DNA of 64,000 bases from Octopus sinensis. Taxonomy: Eukaryota. The translations under genes and the position numbers were made by a program. Below the pieces are notes generated by a model. The model worked only from the letters and a program-made list of their open reading frames with translations. It had not been told where the DNA came from and made no database searches. This document shows, one piece after another, positions 40,565 to 53,573 of the stretch. Within the stretch, counting starts at the first letter, position 1. Every line of letters starts with the position of its first letter. The stretch spans positions 24,676,001 through 24,740,000 of the forward strand of contig NC_042998.1 in NCBI RefSeq assembly GCF_006345805.1, given 5' to 3'.

Positions 40565-40623
40565 ACGGGGGGGGGGGGGATGTGAGATATAAAATGATGA
40601 AAATAATGATGATGACATTTCAA

Positions 40624-40900
40624 AGCGGCAAGCTGGCAGAAATGTTAGCATGCAGACGAAATACCTATTTCTTTACTACCCACAAGGAGCTAAACCCAGA
40701 GGAGACAAACAAGGACAGACAGACGGATTAAGTCGATATTATATCGACCCCAGTGCGTAACTGGTACTTAATTTATCGACCCCAAAAGAATGAAAGGCAA
40801 ACTCGACCTCAGCAGAATTTGAACTCAGAACGTAACGGCAGACGAAACACCGCTAAGCATTTCACCCGGAGTGCTAACGTTTCTGCCAGCTTGTCGCCTT
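40624..40900 (-). mobile_element. Meta-domain SINE with an inverted head fragment at its tail
   Basis: Plus-strand head at 40624-40660 is fused to a minus-strand monomer. Confidence 0.75.
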
Positions 40901-42374
40901 GCTCTTTCTTATGCTTCCTTCTTCTCTTAATCTCTTGCAGTTGTTGTCCTTGGCAGGATGGGAAGCAAAGTCGATTTGGGTAGGACTTGAACTCAGAATG
41001 TGAAGGGACATAACTAAATATCACAAGATATTTCAAAATTTAATTCATTTTTAAAGCTATAATCAAAATGAAAGGCAACACCTATAACCATTCTGTAGAG
41101 CATCCAAAACTGATGCTAGCACATGAGCAAGTTATCATGAAACTGTAATTCTGCTCCAAAATCTTGCATCCTAATGGACTCTATTAAAAGATCAACTAAT
41201 TTTGCTATACACCCTCCATGTGGGTGTATATTACATTCTACCAAGGTTTCATAGTGTAACCATGTTTTGCTTTTGCAAATGGTTTCATTTGTCTTGTTAA
41301 TGTTATTCACAAGGCTATAAACACTGCAAATAATACTCGGTTTCCTTTTCCATTTCTCTTAAAATCACACAAGTTCCATGCCTTCAGATTTGTTCAGTTA
41401 ATAGCTAGAAAAAGAATATTCTCTACCAGGATAAATTACTCTTATTACACGATGTATATCCCAACAATAAAATGTGATATTACTTACTCTTCTTACAGTT
41501 GATATACTATAACGTTTTTTTTAAAAATAATATATGCATTTATCCTAAATTTAGCTCTTGAGAAATTTTTTCTCTGTCTATTTTCCATTTTCTGTTGCAC
41601 TTACGAAAGTGGTTTTAAGTCAGAATTTACAAGCAGTAAAGATAAGAAGCAATCAATGCGAAAAAAGGGTTGAAGCTAAAAGAGATTTCCTTCTGATATT
41701 GAATGGACCACTTGCAAGTGCTTTTAGATTTCCAGCAATTTCTCGGCAAGTCTATCTCGTGATTTTGTTTTGGTTTGTGTGTATATCACATTTGCTTCTT
41801 ACAAATGTCTGTGAAAAATGCAAAGGTATCTTGCAATTTTATTTAGTTTTCTTGACAGAATTGTGTTTATGTAAAAAAAAAAAAAGAATTATTGATTTCT
41901 AAGATGAACACAAAACAAAAAGTCAATTAAAATTCTCAACTGGTATTTGTTTATCAACCCCAGGAGAATAAAAGGCATTGCCAAGCCTGGCAAGATTTGA
42001 ACTGATGGAAGTAATTTAATATCACAAAGCATTTTATTTGGTGCTATTTCAATTTTGCTATCCAATAGCCTTACATTACAAGAAAAATCAATAAAGAAAG
42101 GATATATATATGCAAAGGAATAAAGTGTAGAGTGTGACATGGCATTAATGAAAAAGTCTTTACAAGCAAATAAGTAAGCCTGTAAGAGAAGCGATTGTTG
42201 TTGTAAATGGTAGAGTAAAGAAGAAACAAGTTGAAATGGAGAACAGCAAATGTGGAGAGTGGATAGAAAAAGGTGCTGATGGCAGGAAAAAGATATTCAT
42301 TACGTATGTATGCGAACCAATATGAAAAATGTGAAGATTAATTAAAATTTTCATAATACCAATTATTTATGTAG

Positions 42375-42421
42375 ATGCTCATGAATAATCTATCTGTATA
42401 TAAACGTGGAAGGAAAATCTC
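42375..42421 (+). CDS. Putative exon 4 (MLMNNLSVYKRGRKI-)
   Basis: Acceptor 'aattatttatgtag|' and consensus donor '|gtaagt'. Only frame 0 is open; phase 0-2. Confidence 0.55.
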
Positions 42422-42454
42422 GTAAGTATTCTACTAATATTAGATATAAAGGTA

Positions 42455-43335
42455 GGGCAGCAATCTGGCAGAATTATTAGTATACCAGGGAGCTGGCAGA
42501 TAAGGTAGCACACTGGGGGAAATGCTTAGCAGTATTTCATCTATCTTTACATTCTGAGTTCAAATTCTGCCAAGGTTGACTTTCCTTCTTTCCTTTCAGG
42601 GGTCATTAAATTGAGTACCAGTTGCATACTGGGGTCGATCTAATCAACTGGCTCCCTCCCCCAAAATTTCGGGCCTTGTGCCTAGAGTAGAAAAGGATAT
42701 TAGTCTAAAGTGGTGAGCTGGCAGAATCATTAGCACGCTGGGTGAAATGCTTAGTGGTATTTTGTCTGCCGCTATGTTCTGAGTGCAAATTCCGCCAAGG
42801 TCGACTTTGCCTTTCATCCTTTCGGGGTCAATTAAATAAGTACTAGTTATGCACTGGGGTCAATATAATCGACTTAATCCATTTGTCTGTCCTTGTTTGT
42901 CCCCTCTGTGTGTAGCCCCTTGTGGGCAGTAAAGAAATAAAAAACAGCATGCCGGGCGATAGCTTAACGGTATTTCATCTGTCTTTATGTCCTGAGTTCA
43001 AATTCTGCTGAGGTTGACTTTGCCTTTCATCATTTCAGGGTTGATAAATTAAGTACCAGTAGCATATTGGGGTCTATCTAATCAACTGGCCCCCTCCCCA
43101 AAAATTTCGGATCGTGTGCCTAGAGTAGAAAAGAATTATTAGCATGTCAGGCATAATGTTTAGTGGCATTTCAGCTATCTTTATGTTCTAGGTTCAAATT
43201 CCGCTGAGGTCAACTTTGCCCTTCATCCTTTTAAGGTCAATAAAATAAATACCAGTTGAGCACTGGGTTCATTGTAATTGACTTACCACCTCTCAAGAAA
43301 TTGCTGGCCTTGTGCAACACATGGGAAACTGATAT
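42455..43335 (+). mobile_element. Cluster of at least 4 tandem Meta-domain SINE units
   Basis: The core is repeated four times. Confidence 0.85.
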
Positions 43336-43389
43336 TAGACATTCTTTTATTTGTTTCAGGCACTTGACTGTGACCATTTCATTCAACAT

Positions 43390-43673
43390 CCTTAAACAAC
43401 CCTTATTCAGGGATCTTTTGAGTGGGATGGGCTACTCAACCTGAAGAAAATTCTAACTGGGCCCCACCTGCAAGGTCATGTGCTGTTTATCTTGATATGA
43501 GATCACCATGTCGTGCACATATGGTTGTGATGCATGTGCCTAGTGTACCCTTATCAGACAGGTAGTCTGGGCTTCGTATATTTTACCCCAGCGACATTTT
43601 GATGGCATGCACTGCTCTCTCACTTAATAATAATAATAACAATAAAAATACTACTACTACTACTACTACTACT

Positions 43674-43734
<61 letters not shown>

Positions 43735-43737
43735 ACG

Positions 43738-43768
<31 letters not shown>

Positions 43769-43782
43769 CGATGATAATAATG
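43390..43782 (+). mobile_element. Probable LINE 3' UTR ending in a compound (TAA)(CTA)(CAA)(CAG)n tract
   Basis: GC-richer segment ending 'gcactgctctctcact' that runs directly into (TAA)n. Confidence 0.45.
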
Positions 43783-44439
43783 AATCCTTATACATATATA
43801 AAACTATCATATTCTACTTCTGATGAGCTGGCCACAAAACTTACCCATAACCTTAGGTAACTCTATATAAAATTTTGTAATATATATATATCCTACTATA
43901 AATTTGAGTGAAGTCTCTCTATCTGTTATGTTTTTATGTTCGTTAACTCCTCCTAGACCGTTGGTGGAAGGACAGTGAAACTCAAACGAGCCACTCCCCT
44001 GATCTCAGGGAATGTCCAAAGAGGGCCTATTTTTTTAAGGGCCGCCTAATTGGGGTCCCAGTAACCTCACTATTCTTACTGCATTTTAAATTAAATACAT
44101 GGCATTGGTGACCAAATCAGATCAATGATGATGAATTTCATACCATAAACTCCTAGGCAGTATTGTAAGGCAGATCAATTTCTGAAGGGCCGCTTAAATG
44201 GGGCCTCACTGAATCCCACTAGTTTTACTGCATTTACTTTGCTCCTACACTTAGTAATTAAACTATGATCAGCATCAGTGCTTAGCACATTTGCAGAAAT
44301 AGGCTTTGGGCATTCTAAATACCTTCACGTATATTCAAATCAAGATCAAGAGTTAGAACAGGTATGTTTCAGGTGTGGTAGTGTGGATATTTATATTTTG
44401 TAATTTATGAAACTTATGTCGAGTATATATATATATATA

Positions 44440-44583
44440 TTGTGGCTGTGTGGTGAGTGGCTTGCTTACCAACCACATGTTTCCGGGTTCTGAGCAAATG
44501 TCTTCTACTATAGCCTCGGGCTGACCAAAAAGCCTTGTGAGTGGATTTGGTAGACAGAAACTGAAAGAAGCTCATCGTATGTG

Positions 44584-44625
<42 letters not shown>

Positions 44626-45360
44626 TGAGTGTGTGTGTGTGTATGGTTGTGTCTCTGTGTTTGTCCAGCCAACATTGCTTGACAACCGATGTGGGTGTGT
44701 TTACGTCCCCGTAACTTAGCAGTTCAGCAAAAGAGACTGATAGAATAAGCACTAGACTTACAAAGAATAAGTCCTGGGGTCGATTTGCTCAACTAAAGGT
44801 GGTGCTCCAGCATGGCCACAGTCAAATGACTGAAACAAATAAAAGAATAAAAGAACACACATGCACTCACACACACACACACGCACAAGTACACAATACA
44901 TATACATGTGTTTGTATGTATTTATGTATGTATGTAAACACACTCTCTTTTACTCTTTTACTCTTTTACTTGTTTCAGTCATTTGACTGCGGCCATGCTG
45001 GAGCACCACCTTTAGTCGAGCAAATCAACCCCGGGACTTATTCTTTGTAAGCCCAGTACTTATTCTATCGGTCTCTTTGCCGAACCGCTAAGTGACGGGG
45101 ACATAAACACACCAGCATCGGTTGTTAAGCAATGCTAGGTGGAAAAACACAGACACACAAACATGCACACACATACATAATATATATACATATATGCGAC
45201 AGGCTTCTTTCAGTTTCCGTCTACCAAATCCACTCACAAGGCATTGGTCGGCCCGAGGCTATAGCAGAAGACACTCGCCCAAGATGCCACGCAGTGGGAC
45301 TGAACCCGGAACCATGGGGTTGGTAAGCAAGCTACTTACCACTCAGCCACTCCTGCGCTT
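44440..45360. mobile_element. Tail-to-tail inverted pair of CORE-type SINEs
   Basis: Plus copy at 44440-44852 and minus copy at 44945-45360. Confidence 0.85.
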
Positions 45361-45612
45361 ATATACACTAAATTTCACTTGACTTAACTGGGGTTCAGAA
45401 CCAAGAACTTTCATTTTTAAACTGAGACAACATTAAGTGAACATCCTTTTAAATACAAAACTCATCTCTTAAATATAGAACTGTAACATTAAATTAAGAC
45501 TAGAGAATTTGCTTGAAAGAATTGGTTAAGCAGCAGATGAAGTTCACTGCACTTTATGCTTTGTCTGCAAGCGTTCTGAGTTCAAATTATTAAAATTTCA
45601 TGTAATTTCTAG

Positions 45613-45674
45613 GGAGTCTACAAGTCTACCTATTGTTCATGTTGTGCTGAGAGAAGCCAGTTTGAAAATGGGAA
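45613..45674 (+). CDS. Putative exon 5 (-ESTSLPIVHVVLREASLKMG-)
   Basis: Acceptor 'ttcatgtaatttctag|' and donor 'GAA|gtaata'. Phase 2-1 bridges exons 4 and 6; splice signals are moderate. Confidence 0.4.
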
Positions 45675-45973
45675 GTAATATTTAAGTTTACCTGCTGAAG
45701 TAAATGAAGGATAAATAAATGATATTGATGAAATTTTTTCTATTCTTCTTTTTCATCATTATCATCATCATCATCATCACCATTTTCATCATCGTTTTAA
45801 TATCTGCTTTCCTATGCTTATTTTGGGGAAAAGGAATTCATTAATATGAATATATATATATATATATATATATATTGTTATTTTTCGGAATGGTCATATT
45901 GCCAGTTTAGCCAATAAAAACACATGCACTATATATTTGGTGTTATTTTGCTTCAGTGATATTTTTTTAAACA

Positions 45974-46015
<42 letters not shown>

Positions 46016-47261
46016 GAAGAATCACAAAAAAAAGATGAAGACAGGTGGTGTAGACAATAAACAGATGTATTTGTATAACGACATACATACATATATATAT
46101 ATACATATGTGTGTGTGTGTGTGTCTGTCTGTAGTTAGACAGCTGGAAAAGATGTTTTCCTGGGGCTAAAACGACAATAACATCATCCTTTACAGGACTG
46201 CCACGTTATTGTGGTATATAAACATTACTATCTGATACTGGTACAGTATTTCTCTTGCTCAGAGATTTAAAACATGTTGCTTTTCTTGACATGAGATCAG
46301 TGACTGCATGTCGATGAAAGAATATATAGTATTTGCAAGTGGACATAGCTTTCACCACTAGCTGGTGACTGTCTCACACTGAGAACAGATAACATTCAGA
46401 AACCTAGGTCTGTGAGTATCACGTAAGGTTAGAGATGGGAGTGATGACTTCCTTTGCAAATGCTATATAGGGATACAGACTGTGTGTCATTAGTCACCTT
46501 GAAAAAATTTTTACCTGGGGCTAAAACAATAGTAACATCGTCCTCTTGCAGGACTGTCACATTATGTTGGCATATTAACATTACTATATATATGTGTGTA
46601 TATACCCCAGTTCAACCATCCAACCCATGCCAGCATAGAAAACGGACCTTAATCAATGATGATGATGATGCTAATGGTTCTGCCAGCTCAGCATCTTAAA
46701 GCAAGATAAATACTAATACATACCAAAAATAGATATCATAGTTTGCTGCTCAATCAGTGCAAGCAGAGTATTCTTATAGCTTCTGATAATAATTTCTGTT
46801 GGTTCGTCTCTTACAAAAAAACATGTTTTTGAGTGTTTTTTCTCTCTTTTTTTCAAAACCTTTCATCCACAACATTTCCATTGATGTACATTTTAAATGT
46901 GGGCTGATTCATTTGATGTTTCTTGGCTGCGGGTCAACTTTCATCAAGCGAACAGATGATCAAAGACATTCCAGCTGTGACCTTCTCATCTACTAAACAG
47001 GCTAGGACAACATTATCCAATTTATTCTTCTTTTCAGATGGTAAGGTGTGATTTGAGGGAGTTTGATATTACTAATTGTACAAGATAATTAACAAGATTT
47101 ATTTATCTTTAGAAGCTAATTTGGAACAGTTTCATTGATAACATAACACTATTACATGAGCAAGTACTTGACTTTTTCACCTTCTATCAATTGTAACTTG
47201 TCTCTCTAATCACTTTGTATTAAGCCACTTCTGGCGACATACACACGCATATGTATGTATA

Positions 47262-47299
<38 letters not shown>

Positions 47300-47442
47300 G
47301 ATAGATAGATATAGATATATGTATATACACACACACATATATATGTATGTATATGTGTGTGTGTACATATATATATATATGTATGTGTATACATACACAT
47401 ATATATATACACACACACGCATACACACATACATATAAACTA

Positions 47443-47905
47443 TCTTTATTGCCCACAAGGGGCTAAACATAGAGGGGACAAACAAGGACAGACAAAAGGA
47501 TTAAGTCGATTACATCGACCTCAGTGCGTAATTGGTACTTAATTTATCGACCCTGAAAGGATGAAAGGCAAAGTCGACTTCAGCCGAATTTGAACTCGGT
47601 AGACGAAATACCGCTAAGCATTTTGCCCGGCGTGCTAACATTTCTGCCTGATGTGCTAACATTTCTGTATGTGGAAGGCAGCGAGCTGGCAGAAATGTTA
47701 GCAGGCCGAGTGAAATGCTTAGCGGTATTTTGTCTGCTGTTACATTCTGAGTTCAAATTCCACCAAGGTCGACTTTGCCTTTCATCCTTTCGGGGTCGAT
47801 AAATTAAGTACCAGTTATGCACTGGGGTCGATGTAATCGACTTAATCCCTTTGTCTGTCCTTGTTTGTCCCCTCTATGTTTAGCCCCTTGTGGGCAATAA
47901 AGATA
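47443..47905. mobile_element. Head-to-head inverted pair of Meta-domain SINEs
   Basis: Minus copy 47443-47665 and plus copy 47674-47905. Confidence 0.85.
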
Positions 47906-48643
47906 TTTTATAGGTATGTACGTATGTGTGTGTGTGTGGATATATGTATATGTATATGTATCTATATACACACACACATGTATATACACTAATACACACA
48001 CATAAATGTATGGATATCATCATCATCATCATCATAATCATCACCATCACCATTATTTCAAAACCCCTTGCCATGCTAGCCTGGATTAAGCAGGCCATCA
48101 CGACTGAGCAGGCTTCTTGGTGGGCACTGGAGGGTGCTACTACTTTCCTTTTAAGCTGACAAACATGTCTCACTTGTACGCTACATTTTTGTCTATCATG
48201 GTTTCTACAGATGAAGGGCAACCACTTTACAGTGAGTGCATTTTAATGTGGCACCAGCATCAGAGAGGTTGTACTGTCCTCAGCAAATGAAAGCAAGGTC
48301 CTTTATATCCTTATTTAGCTCTGTTCATTTGACTGCCATTTTACAGGGTCTAGTGGCTGCTTTGTCTCCATGAAGACTAGAGAGTCTTCGTGACTATTTG
48401 TTGTCTCTTCCTCTTCATTTAAGGCAATTTTAGGTAAATGAAAGAAAGAGTGAGGACAGACAGAGCATTAACGGTGAGAGGATGATAGAAAAAAGAACCA
48501 TGTAGCATTGTAGAGTTTTAGCCTTCTTAACCAAGCTTTATTTTTCGGTAACTGATTTTTCCAATTTAGTGGCACTGACATTAATGTGATTATAAACACT
48601 GAAAACCTTTTCTCTTTGTCATTTCTCTCTGAATCCTATACAG

Positions 48644-48692
48644 TTGTAATGAACTATTCAAAGTCTCTATGGAGAGCTTTAATTGAACTGAT
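48644..48692 (+). CDS. Putative exon 6 (-VMNYSKSLWRALIEL-)
   Basis: Long pyrimidine tract plus 'ctatacag|'; donor '|gtatgt' (alternative '|gtaatt' after 48696). Only the phase-1 frame is open to the donor. Confidence 0.5.
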
Positions 48693-48942
48693 GTATGTAA
48701 TTTGATGGGGTTATTTACCATAGACTCATTCCAGTTAAACTTTGACAAGAGTTTACAGAGGTAATGGACTGATCATATCTTATGATAAGAAGAGACTTCA
48801 ACTAAAGAGAATTAGAAATGACATTGTTGATAGGCTCAAGGAATTTTAAAAATCCCTGTGAGCACTAATTTCTTAGTTGTAGCCCTAATCTTAAATGAAA
48901 TTTTACTATACGTTCACAAATGCTCCACCCACCTTCTCATTA

Positions 48943-49525
48943 TTCTTTTCTACTCTAGGCATAAGACCCAAAATTTTTGGGGAGAGGGCCAGTCGATTAG
49001 ATCAACCCAGTACACAACTGGTACTTAATTTATCGACCCCGAAAGGATGAAAGGCAAAGTCGACATTAGCGGAATTTGAACTCAGATCATAAAGACAGAC
49101 AAAATACTTATTTCTTTATTGCCCACAAGGGGCTAAACATAGAGGGGACAAACAAGGAGAGACAAAAGGGATTAATTCGATTAGATCGACCCCAGTGCAT
49201 AAATGGTACTTAATTTATCGACCCCGAAAGGATGAAAGGCAAAGTCGACCTCGGCGAAATTTGAACTCAGAACGTAGCAGCAGACGAAATACCTATTTCT
49301 TTACTACCCACAAGGGACTAAACACAGAGAGGACAAACAAGGACAGACAAACGGATTAAGTCGATTATATCGACCCTAGTGCGTAACTGGTACTTAATTT
49401 ATTGACCCTGAAAGAATTAAAGGCAAAGTTGACCTCGGCGGAATTTGAACTCAGATCATAAAGACAGACAAAATACAGCTAATCATTTCGCCTGGCATGC
49501 TAATGTTTCTGCCAGCTCGCCGCCT
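48943..49525 (-). mobile_element. Meta-domain SINE trimer
   Basis: Three core units with one head. Confidence 0.85.
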
Positions 49526-50900
49526 TGCACTTTCTTATTATTAAAAAATTTCCTGGTAGCTTAGTTAATGAATATCTAACATCGTCTGAGATGAAATGTT
49601 TTTATCTGTACTACAGATACAGATGTGTTACAATGAAGCATTTGTTATAAAAGTACATTGCATATAGAAACAAAACATTTCAAATCTTAGCAAAAACTGA
49701 AAGAAAACTTGTATGGTTTAATCCACAGCCTCTTTAAAGATTAGTTCCGATCTTTCTTAAGTCTAAAAAGACAAATAACATTTACCCATATAATATATCT
49801 TTCCGAAGATCTCTCACAAAAGTGTGTCATGGTGAGCTACAATTATTCTTCACAGCTGGCCTAGGGCTAAGCAGCAACAATGACATATGCTACGTAGACA
49901 CACTTTTTAGTTCTGATAAAGCCATTAGTTTTCTCTGAACTTTTAATTATATTTTATCTCTGGCATTCTGCATGCAGAATATTCTGTCGTTGCTTTTTTG
50001 TAAATTCACACAACATTCCATTTATTTCGTCAACAATTACAGGGAACTATCGACACGCCAGTGTTGTTGGAATATTTTATTAGAGAAGCAAACTCGATCC
50101 ATTCAATATTGATACACTTACAACAGTTTAATGAACATTTCTTTTTACTTCTTCTCCAAGATAAACTAGTTGCTTTCTTTAACTTGTTAAAAAGGTAACC
50201 CCACATTTCTCAGAATAATTTAGTGGAAATTTTCAATTTTCTGGGGTTTTTTTTCTTTTCTCTTCCGTGAAACCTTGTTTTTGTTCAATCTATATTTGTG
50301 TCAATTTACTTAAGTCAATTTATTGTACATTCAAAATTGGCTCATTGAATGTACCTTCAATATAGGCAATTTCTTCAGTAAAAAGCATATATGTCAGGAG
50401 GCTTTCAAATTTCATTGTATTCGTAAATTCTTAAATTTCTTTAAGTCATAACAGTACATCAAAAAAAAAAAAAAAACCCAAAGAAATATAAAAATGTTCA
50501 ATGAGATTTTTGTACAAACTGCTGCATATATTAAAGAGAGAGATTTCGGAAAATGAACAAATTGCTTGAAAGCAATATTAAGAAGAGAGATGGGATGTTA
50601 GGAGGTGGGGAACAGAAATATTTAATTTATTTGTTTCTTCTTGAATATTCAAATAAGAATGGACAGAATCGTATTCCCATGATATTATCAGAATATAATG
50701 TTATGCTGTAACATGTTTTGAAAACCAATTATTGTAGAATAATCAGTGTATTATTGAATTCCAAAGAACTCTTTCATCAACTTAAATTATAAACTGGAAA
50801 TCTTATTTCTTGAGAAAAATAGGGTCAGATTGCCAGTGGGAGCTTTCACACTGCTGTTAAACTTATATACACACCACATATTGATACACACACACACATA

Positions 50901-50933
<33 letters not shown>

Positions 50934-50975
50934 ATATTATATATATATATATGTATGTATGTATGTATATATATA

Positions 50976-51021
<46 letters not shown>

Positions 51022-51769
51022 ATATATATATATATTTCTGCTGCTTAAAATAAAGTATATATATATATATTATATATATATATATATAATATATATATAT
51101 ATATTATATTATATTATATATAGCTTTTTACAAAATGAAGAGATTGTAAGTATATTTTAGAAGCTAATCTATTTCTATAGATAACCTTAGAAAAAAAAAA
51201 GCTAAGAAAAAATACAAATCAAAAAAAAATTTTATTTTTACTTTGCTATTCAGTTGAAGTTAGTTGAAGCTATACAATATAATTTCTTATGATCATCCTG
51301 AAGTAAAATTTATTTCAAGTAGTGTGTGACAGCATTTAATAGAATCTGTTTATTTTTGTATTCTTTCCCATTAAATTTCCTAACTTTTCTATAAATAGGG
51401 AATGGTTTGCTCAAATATTATTGATACATTATGTATTTATATGCTTAGGTATCTATATGAATCAGACACGTATTTTCTAATATTCAATATATTTAAGTTA
51501 AAGGATGGAAATTCTGACTTAAGTGCTTAGTTAATATTTATCCGTATTTAAAAGTGGATGCTGTGTTAGAACACAGAACAACTGCGATAGTTATCAATAG
51601 ATAATCTCACATAAAGGCATTTGGTGCACAGAAGCACTCTTGTTTATATTGCCAGTGGTAGATAATTCCACCATCGAGAGTATCAGACCTTGTGATTTCA
51701 GCCTCTTTTGGCCGGCCTTGTCAATGGTAGATGCTGAAACACTGGAGATAGCAAAGATGTTTCTGCTAG

Positions 51770-51869
51770 CATCATCATCATCATCATCATCATCACCACC
51801 ACCACCACCACCACTACCACCACTGCAACCACCACAACAACCACCACCCCAACCACCACCACCACCACC

Positions 51870-51903
<34 letters not shown>

Positions 51904-52130
51904 TCGTTTAACGTCTGTTTTCCATGCTGGCATGGGTTGGACAATTTGACTGAGGTCTGGAAAGCCAGCAGCTGCAACAGGCTCCGATCTGATCTGGCAA
52001 TGTTTCTACAGCTGGATGCCCTTCATAACTTCCTAACACCAATCACTCTGAGAGTGTAGTGGGTGCTTTTTATGGGTGCCACTGGTATGAGAGCCTGTCA
52101 GGCGATACTGGCATCGCCCACGTTCGGATG
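51770..52130 (-). mobile_element. RTE tail fragment with a (GAT)/(GGT)n tail
   Basis: Conserved RTE 3' end. Confidence 0.75.
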
Positions 52131-52197
52131 GTAAATATACATAAAATTTCAGTAGCTAATCAGGTACTGGTGTGGCAAATAGCCAGTAGGATTATTT

Positions 52198-52757
52198 GGT
52201 GAACTGGCAGAAACTTTAGCATGCCGGGCGAAACACCTAGCGGTATTTCATCTGTCTTTACGTCTGAGTTCAAATTCCACCGAGGTCAACTTTGCCTTTC
52301 ATCCTTTCGGGGTCGATTAAATAAGTACCAGTTACGCAGTGGGGTCGATATAATCGACTTAATCCATTTGTCTGTCCTTGTTTGTCCTCTCTGTGGTAAA
52401 GAAATAGGTATTTTGTCCGTCTTTACATTCGAGTTCAAATTCCGCCGAGGTCGACTTTGCCTTTCATTCTTTCGGGGTCGATTAAATAAGTACCAGTTAC
52501 GCATGGGGGTCGACATAATCAACTTAATCCATTCGTCTGTCCTTGTTTGTCCTCTCTATGTTTAGCCCCTTGTGGGTAATAAAGAAATAGGTATTTCTTC
52601 TGTCTTTACATTCTAAGTTCAAATTCCGCCGAGGTCGACTTTGCCTTTCATCCTTTCGGGGGTCGACAAATTAAGCACCAGTTGCGTACTGGGGTCGATC
52701 TAATCGACTGGCCCCCTCCCCCAAAATTTCGAGCCTTGTGCCTAGAGTGGGAAAGAT
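52198..52757 (+). mobile_element. Meta-domain SINE trimer
   Basis: One head and three core units. Confidence 0.85.
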
Positions 52758-53400
52758 TATCAAAAAATGATTATTAGCAACAGAAGCATTTTATTAGCAA
52801 CAGAAGTGTTTTACTCTTTCTCATGCAGGTGCTAAATTATCACCAGCCATCCATACTTGATGGAGAGGGAGACATTTAAATGGCTGCTCAACCATCTTAA
52901 CATTATCAAACTCACATTAGATACCTTTGTAAAGACAAACTGATAATGACTATAATATTTATTCCTTAGTTCTTTAAAGCTATGCTACTAGATAAATTGG
53001 TTTGAATAAGTTTCTTAATTCCATGAGGCACACACACACACACACACCATATATACATAGACTCACACACTCACAAATACACACAGCCTGCTTAAAGTAA
53101 CAGGATATAATTTCATGATTCTGGGCTTTAGAAGCTGGCTCTTTATCTGGCACACTTTGCACTAAATAGTATTGATAATGTTCCTTCTTCAAAGCTTACA
53201 CTACATGGAAAGACATTTATAATAGTAATTAATGATACATACATAAATATATACATATATACATATATACATACTACATACATACATACATATATACACT
53301 CACACATATAAATATATCTATCTGTCTGTCTGTCTATCTGTATGTCTGTTTGTCTGTCTGTCTATCTATCTATTTATCTGTGTGTGTGCGTGTGTGTATA

Positions 53401-53441
<41 letters not shown>

Positions 53442-53533
53442 GAAGGTTTATGAAAATAAACAAAAGACAAAGGCAGGTGGAGTACAAACAAACAAATGTA
53501 TTAGTATGGCGCTCAGGAATAGAAATAGAACAA

Positions 53534-53573
53534 ATCTTTTACGTTTCGAGCCTACGCTCTTCAACAGAAAGAT
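53534..53573 (-). ncRNA. Minimal type-I hammerhead-like motif with perfect stems and a CUGUUGA core
   Basis: Minus strand: atcttt-CTGTTGA-a-gagc-gtag-gctc-GAAA-cg-TA-aaagat. Confidence 0.7.

Noticed and set aside
43820-43870. CTGATGA hammerhead-core match (also at 35455)
   Set aside because: No paired stem II followed by GAAA and a UH site could be built.
47038-47040. Apparent 3-nt microexon 'ttttcag|ATG|gtaagg'
   Set aside because: It lies in what looks like a degenerate dispersed repeat ('gatggtaaggtgtgatttgaggga') and has no independent support.
50161-50194. Candidate exon xKLVAFFNLLK with good splice signals
   Set aside because: It needs a phase-1 upstream partner, but exon 6 ends in phase 2 or 0 and no bridging exon was found. 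Left unassigned.
52829-52879. Candidate terminal exon VLNYHQPSILDGEGDI* after a strong acceptor
   Set aside because: It is compatible only with the alternative donor of exon 6 and has no other support.
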